The notes under the pieces: model-generated
Databases searched by the model: none
What the model was told of the DNA's origin: nothing
What the model saw: the letters and a program-made list of their open reading frames with translations, nothing else
Origin: Actinomycetota bacterium
GTDB lineage: Bacteria; Actinomycetota; Actinomycetes; S36-B12
Direction of reading: 5' to 3'
DNA: 25,037 nt
NCBI GenBank assembly: GCA_009702725.1
Contig: WLHM01000001.1
Span: 1-25,037 of the forward strand
In this document: positions 20,446 to 25,037 of the stretch, piece after piece
Layout of the letters: each line of letters begins with the position of its first letter
Numbering within the stretch: the first letter of the stretch is position 1
Translations under genes and position numbers: made by a program

Positions 20446-21302
20446 GACAATGGGTTGAAGGTTCGCGTCCGCGCACTTTGCCCGCGGCAATCGCACCGGT
20501 GGTTGTGGGTACTGGCCTAGCCATAAATGCTGACTCGTTGCGCATTGGCCGCGCCGGATTGGCGTTAGCGGTCGCATTAGCTCTGCAAATTGGTGTCAAC
20601 TTTGCCAATGACTACAGCGATGGCATCCGCGGCACGGATAACAAACGCGTTGGCCCGGTGCGACTTGTAGGTCAGGGCATAGCCAGCCCCAGAAGTGTGC
20701 GCCTAGCCGCATTTATTGCGTTCGGCATAGCGTGCATCGCTGGGCTGACACTCGTTATTGCTACCCAAGCCTGGTGGCTGCTACTCGTTGGCCTCGCCTG
20801 CGTGAGTGCCGCCTGGCTGTACACCGGTGGCCCAAAACCATACGGCTATCGCGGTCTTGGCGAGTTGTTCGTCCTTATATTTTTCGGCCTGGTGCCAGTA
20901 CTGGGAACCTACTATGTGCAGACGGACACGATTACCCTCGCGGCATTTATTGCCTCCGTCGGCGTCGGCACACTTGCCTGCGCGGTTCTCGTAACCAATA
21001 ACCTGCGAGATCTACCGAGTGATGAGCAAGCTGGAAAGAACACCCTTGCGGTTCGACTTGGAGTCCAGCGCACCCGCGCACTTTATGTTTGGTGCATCAT
21101 CACCACGGCAATCACGACGCTGATCACTGCAGCACTTACTTCTTGGCTGGTTCTCTTAGCCCTTGTCGTCCTTATAATTGCACCGATCCGCTTAATTCTT
21201 AGTGGCGCATCCGGGCCGGCGCTGATCCCGGCGCTGAAACAGACTGGATTACTCGTTCTTTTCTACGGTCTCGGCTTGGGGATCTTGATTGCCCTCGCTT
21301 AG
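20433..21302 (+). CDS. menA: 1,4-dihydroxy-2-naphthoate polyprenyltransferase (289 aa)
   Basis: RPRTLPAAIAPV, NFANDYSDGIRGTD, YTGGPKPYGYRGLGE and NNLRDLPSD..GKNTLAV motifs; GGAAGG SD; 13-nt overlap with the menE end. Confidence 0.96.
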   Translation: MATIGQWVEGSRPRTLPAAIAPVVVGTGLAINADSLRIGRAGLALAVALALQIGVNFANDYSDGIRGTDNKRVGPVRLVGQGIASPRSVRLAAFIAFGIACIAGLTLVIATQAWWLLLVGLACVSAAWLYTGGPKPYGYRGLGELFVLIFFGLVPVLGTYYVQTDTITLAAFIASVGVGTLACAVLVTNNLRDLPSDEQAGKNTLAVRLGVQRTRALYVWCIITTAITTLITAALTSWLVLLALVVLIIAPIRLILSGASGPALIPALKQTGLLVLFYGLGLGILIALA

Positions 21303-21596
21303 TCCCTGGTTTAGCTGCTGACTTAATCTCTGAGTGTCGTCTGCTTCGTCTTCTGCCCGAGTTGATTCATCAATGCGAGCATTAATCCGCCCGAAGAAGG
21401 CCGCCAATACCGCGCCCATTGCGGCGCGCTGCCGATCCAGCACTACCACGCTGATAACTCCGGAGATCAGCAGCGCAACCACAGCCGCCAGCAGGCCCCG
21501 AAGCGGGGTAGTCAATTGAATAAGGAGCCACACGAATCCAAAGAGCAACAATCTAAGTGCAGTGAAGCGAATAACCGCCCACCCGGATGTTCTCAC
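21249..21596 (-). CDS. Small two-helix membrane protein, DUF4229-like (about 115 aa)
   Basis: Pattern RFTALRLLLF...LLAAVVALLISGVISVVVLDRQR..M followed by a charged tail resembles actinobacterial DUF4229 proteins (from memory). GTG 21596 was chosen because TACGCT lies 6 nt upstream. Confidence 0.7.
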   Translation of the reverse strand: MRTSGWAVIRFTALRLLLFGFVWLLIQLTTPLRGLLAAVVALLISGVISVVVLDRQRAAMGAVLAAFFGRINARIDESTRAEDEADDTQRLSQQLNQGLSEGNQDPQAETVEKNE

Positions 21597-21602
21597 CTTT
21601 AC

Positions 21603-21608
21603 AGCGTA
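21603..21608 (-). promoter_or_regulatory. Putative -10 box for the leaderless DUF4229-like gene
   Basis: TACGCT, the same hexamer as before menE, 6 nt upstream of the GTG. Confidence 0.5.
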
Positions 21609-21691
21609 CGGCACCTGGTGGCTCTAACCCGAGGCCGCTGCTGGCGGCTGCAACAGGCGGCCGTTATTATTCACGGGCAAGCGTTACTGTT

Positions 21692-21697
21692 TATAGT
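21692..21697 (+). promoter_or_regulatory. Putative -10 box for the PLDc_N-like gene
   Basis: TATAGT in an AT-rich patch 47 nt upstream of ATG 21745. Confidence 0.4.
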
Positions 21698-21744
21698 CAC
21701 AGTTACCGAAATTCTTGAATTACGACGGGCCGGGAGGTGTGCAC

Positions 21745-22047
21745 ATGGTGCGGGTCTTAGGAGTTTTGGTTCTCGTCGCGATGTACATCTCATTCATCAT
21801 TGATGTGCTGCGCACCCCACGACTTGAAGCCCGCACCTTGCCGAAGATGCTGTGGTTGGCACTGGTGGTGCTCATTCCGCTCATCGGTGGAATCTTCTGG
21901 TTCTTCCTGGGCCGCCCGCGACCTACTTCCGGTGGCGTTTTTCGACGCCGTGGGCCAATTGCCCCAGACGATGACCCCAAGTTCTTAAAGGGCCTTGACG
22001 AAGAGGCGTGGCGCCGACGCATGCGAGAGCGCCGAGGCGAGGCCTGA
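21745..22047 (+). CDS. Stand-alone PLD nuclease N-terminal (PLDc_N) domain membrane protein (100 aa)
   Basis: YISFIIDVLRTP...LPKMLWLALVVLIPLIGGIFWFFLGRP followed by P.APDDDP.FL is the typical actinobacterial pattern. A strong GGAGG SD precedes ATG 21745. Confidence 0.8.
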   Translation: MVRVLGVLVLVAMYISFIIDVLRTPRLEARTLPKMLWLALVVLIPLIGGIFWFFLGRPRPTSGGVFRRRGPIAPDDDPKFLKGLDEEAWRRRMRERRGEA

Positions 22048-22071
22048 GACCTGCCTATGGGCGCGTTAGAT

Positions 22072-23058
22072 CTAAACCCCTGAGTACGAGTGCAAGCTGT
22101 TGATAAAGATATTCACCCCGAAATAGTTAATGATGAAAGCCGCCCAGCCGGCGATAGCCACCCATGATGCTCGATCCCCGCGCCAGCCAACTGTTGAGCG
22201 CGCGTGCAAATATGCAGCGTAGATAACCCAAGTTATAAATGCCCAGGTCTCTTTTGGATCCCAGCCCCAATACCGGCCCCACGCATTTTCGGCCCAGATG
22301 GCTCCAGCCACTACCGCAAAAGTCCAGAGCGGAAACGCGAATGCGAGTACTCGATAAGTCAAGGTACGAAGCTTTTCAGCCGTACGCACCCGCGCCCGGC
22401 CAGACTTACCTCGCCGCTCTGCTCGTGATTGAACCAATGCAAGCCCGGCGGTGGCAGCCGCCAACGTGAATGCGCCCGAGCAGATGATCGCCGCCGACAC
22501 GTGGATTATCAGCCAATAGGACTTCAATGCCGGCACCAATTGAGCAGCCTCGGTGTACAACACTGTCACTGCTAGGCCAAGGGTCAACAGCGTTGGGATA
22601 ACGATGAAAAGGCCGAGCCAGCGCACATCACGGCGCAGGGAGACAAGTAAAAACACTCCAAGAATGCCCAATGCCGCGGTTATCGAGAACTCGTACATAT
22701 TGCCCCACGGCACTCGACCCGCCCACACTCCGCGCAAGACCACACCAGCCAACAGCAACACAAATCCCAACCAGGTCAAGGACATACCGATATTTGCCGA
22801 ACGCCTGCCGGTTTGGTCATCGGTCGGTGTGCCTCCCGCCGACTTCGTTAACACCGTCGACTGAGTTGACACCGTCGACTTGATTAACAGGGCCGTGCTA
22901 CCTGCCGAATCAATTTCCTGCGGCGCGGGTGCCAGTACTGCGACTCGGCGTCGGCCAGAGGCAAATGAAATCGCAAAAGCCACCATCGCGAAAGTTAAGG
23001 TAACCATCGAGGCGTATACCGCCGCGTTGCTCGCTGCGGCCAATTGCGTCGCGCTCAC
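22072..23058 (-). CDS. ccsB: System II cytochrome c biogenesis heme-handling protein (ResC/CcsA family, often annotated CcsB in actinobacteria; 328 aa)
   Basis: WWD domain WAENAWGRYWGWDPKETW, RVPWGNMYEF, WLIIHVS, YLHAR and SLHSY. Confidence 0.95.
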   Translation of the reverse strand: MSATQLAAASNAAVYASMVTLTFAMVAFAISFASGRRRVAVLAPAPQEIDSAGSTALLIKSTVSTQSTVLTKSAGGTPTDDQTGRRSANIGMSLTWLGFVLLLAGVVLRGVWAGRVPWGNMYEFSITAALGILGVFLLVSLRRDVRWLGLFIVIPTLLTLGLAVTVLYTEAAQLVPALKSYWLIIHVSAAIICSGAFTLAAATAGLALVQSRAERRGKSGRARVRTAEKLRTLTYRVLAFAFPLWTFAVVAGAIWAENAWGRYWGWDPKETWAFITWVIYAAYLHARSTVGWRGDRASWVAIAGWAAFIINYFGVNIFINSLHSYSGV

Positions 23059-23060
23059 TT

Positions 23061-24614
23061 TTACTCCCTAATTTCGTCAGTAGATGTTGCCGACGCAGTG
23101 TCAGGCAAATCACTTACGGCATCGCGGATTAATTCTAGTTCACCTGGCAGATCAGCAGATTCAATGCGGGCCAACCCTGCAAGTTGCACCACAGTGACGC
23201 CTTCGGAATTAACTGTCGCCGATATCCAGACTCGACGCCTTCGAATGAATAGCGACAACAGTAAGCCGGTTATTGCCAGTACCGCTCCTAGTAAAGCAAC
23301 CTCTTTCCCCGGGTCGTACGCGATCTGAAATGACGCCCAACGCTGATAGCCCGTGAAGGCAATCGACCCAGAACCGTCGGGAAGTTTCCAAATTTGACCT
23401 TGACGCAAAGCTACGATTCCGATCTGATCCATGGAAGCGGTATCTAGTCGGTACACACTTTGAGGTGCCCCACTGTCTAACCCCATATCACCACGCCAGG
23501 CCGACATGAAAACGGCTGGATCATCAGGGCCCGGGAAAGTCGAAATCGGTCCACGCAAGTTATTCGACGCTGCCGTTGGTACGAAAATCCCCTGGAAACC
23601 CAACTGCGGGTCCGAATCCGGGATTTTCACAACTCCGGTTGAAGTAAAATTGCCATCCTGCGGCAAGAAAACAACGGTGTCGTCAAATGTGATTTCACCC
23701 CCCGCATTTCGCACTACAAAATGTGGTGCGTATCCATGACCTACCAAAAAGACTTTGGCACCGTCGATCTCAAGCGGAGTATTAACTTCTATGCGAGCAT
23801 TCTCAGCTTCGGTACCCGGTAACCGACGAAAAGTCACATCCGCTTCGAATAACTTCGGCGAACCCCGCTGGGCCTCTCCCCGATCGAATTCAACATTGAA
23901 CTTCTCTAGGGTGAACGAGAATGGTGAAAGCCGCGATGCCCCGGTGAATCGCCCGCCGCCCCAAGCGTCGTACTGGGTCAAAGTGTTGGAAAACCCCTGC
24001 CCCGTGCGAACGATGACATTGCCTTTCCAACCAAAGAGACCACCCAAGGCGATGGCCACCAAAATTAAGATGAGCGAGAAGTGGAAAAGGAGGTTTCCGG
24101 TCTCGCGTAGAAAGCCTTTTTCGGCTGCAATGGAGTTTTCGGCTACCAGCAGGCGCCAGCGTCTACCTGATAAATACTTTCGGCCCCGTGCTAATACTTC
24201 ATTGGCGGAGGCGCTGACTTCAAATGACATCGACTCTGGCAGACGCAGTAGATTGCGCGGGGCCGGGGGCGGGGGGGCAAACATGGCTCGCCAATGCACC
24301 TTCGTCCGAGGTAATACGCAACCAATCAGCGAGATGAAAAGAAGTAAATACACAGCAGCGAACCATGGCGAGGAATAAACATCGAAGAAACCAAGGGCAT
24401 CGAAGATGGGGCCAGATGTTGGGCTGTCAGCAATCCATTCATTGACGCGTAGCGGATTATTACCTCGCTGCGGAAATATTGATCCAGGTACGCTTGCGAT
24501 TGCCAGCAAAAACAGCAAAATCAAAGCGGTCTTCATGCTCGTGAGCTGGCGCCAGGTATAACGAACAAATCCAAGTGCGCCCATGGGTGGCAGAATCAAT
24601 TCCGGTTTGGACAT
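23061..24614 (-). CDS. resB: Cytochrome c biogenesis protein ResB/Ccs1 (517 aa)
   Basis: WRQLTSMKTALILLFLLAIASVPGSIFPQ, FDVYSSPWF, ETGNLLFHFSL, VNTPL, LVGHGYAP and FIRRRRVW motifs; sits between ccdA and ccsB. Confidence 0.94.
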   Translation of the reverse strand: MSKPELILPPMGALGFVRYTWRQLTSMKTALILLFLLAIASVPGSIFPQRGNNPLRVNEWIADSPTSGPIFDALGFFDVYSSPWFAAVYLLLFISLIGCVLPRTKVHWRAMFAPPPPAPRNLLRLPESMSFEVSASANEVLARGRKYLSGRRWRLLVAENSIAAEKGFLRETGNLLFHFSLILILVAIALGGLFGWKGNVIVRTGQGFSNTLTQYDAWGGGRFTGASRLSPFSFTLEKFNVEFDRGEAQRGSPKLFEADVTFRRLPGTEAENARIEVNTPLEIDGAKVFLVGHGYAPHFVVRNAGGEITFDDTVVFLPQDGNFTSTGVVKIPDSDPQLGFQGIFVPTAASNNLRGPISTFPGPDDPAVFMSAWRGDMGLDSGAPQSVYRLDTASMDQIGIVALRQGQIWKLPDGSGSIAFTGYQRWASFQIAYDPGKEVALLGAVLAITGLLLSLFIRRRRVWISATVNSEGVTVVQLAGLARIESADLPGELELIRDAVSDLPDTASATSTDEIRE

Positions 24615-25037
24615 CTAGAGCACCGTCTCAAAAGTTGGTACCGAAGTTCGTAGCCAGATCGTGAAATCGGTCCAGGCACCTGTAACCAAAAGCACCCCGA
24701 CAATAACTAACATGCCCCCACCGATACGCATTACCAACAGGTAATGACCCTTGACCCAACCCAATGCGCGAGCGGTTCGGCTAAACAGCACAGCGAGCAA
24801 AACAAAAGGTAGCCCGAGGCCAAGGCAGTAGACAAATGAAAGCAAGGCGCCACGCAGTGCGCTGGCTTCGGTGAACGCGAGGGTCTGCACTGCGGCAAGG
24901 GTTGGACCAATACATGGGGTCCAGCCCAAACCGAACAACACCCCAAGGATAGGTGCACCAGCAACACCCCAGTTAGGCAGTCGGTGAATTCTCCACTCGC
25001 GTTGTAACCCTGGGATAAAACCCATAAAAGCCAGCCC
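24615..25037 (-). CDS. ccdA: Cytochrome c biogenesis protein CcdA/DsbD, 3' part; starts beyond the window end
   Basis: LGVLFGLGWTPCIGPTLAAV and YCLGLGLPF motifs. The frame is open to the window edge (GLAFMGFIP...). Its stop TAG abuts the resB ATG. Confidence 0.93.
   Translation of the reverse strand, partial: GLAFMGFIPGLQREWRIHRLPNWGVAGAPILGVLFGLGWTPCIGPTLAAVQTLAFTEASALRGALLSFVYCLGLGLPFVLLAVLFSRTARALGWVKGHYLLVMRIGGGMLVIVGVLLVTGAWTDFTIWLRTSVPTFETVL

Noticed and set aside
22048-22074. Possible terminator or palindrome (TAGATCTA) between the PLDc_N-like gene and ccsB
   Set aside because: Too short; expected by chance.
23755-24378. 207-aa plus-strand ORF inside resB
   Set aside because: Antisense shadow; no family features.
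1-25037. tRNA, rRNA, CRISPR, IS or phage elements, and a foreign-composition island
   Set aside because: No spacer is long enough or shows such structure, no repeats or transposase/integrase ORFs were seen, and composition looks uniform by eye.

Overview
Actinobacterial core respiratory region: GC in the mid-to-upper 50s by eye, very compact spacers, no mobile elements, RNA genes, CRISPR arrays or repeats seen. It has three blocks. (1) The NADH:quinone oxidoreductase operon nuoA-M on the minus strand, with nuoM cut by the window start. (2) A classical (o-succinylbenzoate) menaquinone cluster: menG(-), menF(+), menD/menC/menB(-), menE/menA(+). (3) System II cytochrome c maturation genes ccdA (partial), resB and ccsB/resC on the minus strand. 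Two small uncharacterised membrane-protein genes (DUF4229-like and stand-alone PLDc_N-like) sit between blocks 2 and 3. I found no clearly new biological system. The best second-look signals are a near-perfect Rex-type operator just downstream of a -10 box ahead of nuoA; a MenB with the type I (bicarbonate-dependent) QTG signature rather than the mycobacterial QTD; a MenD lacking two of the three DHNA-feedback arginines; a 37-bp bidirectional promoter predicted to drive two leaderless mRNAs (menB and menE); no menJ, menH or menI in the cluster; and a 54-nt tail-to-tail overlap of menA with the DUF4229-like gene. Family assignments come from motif recognition from memory, not from database searches. 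Several ORF-track starts were corrected (nuoE, nuoB, menB, menE, DUF4229-like, PLDc_N-like).
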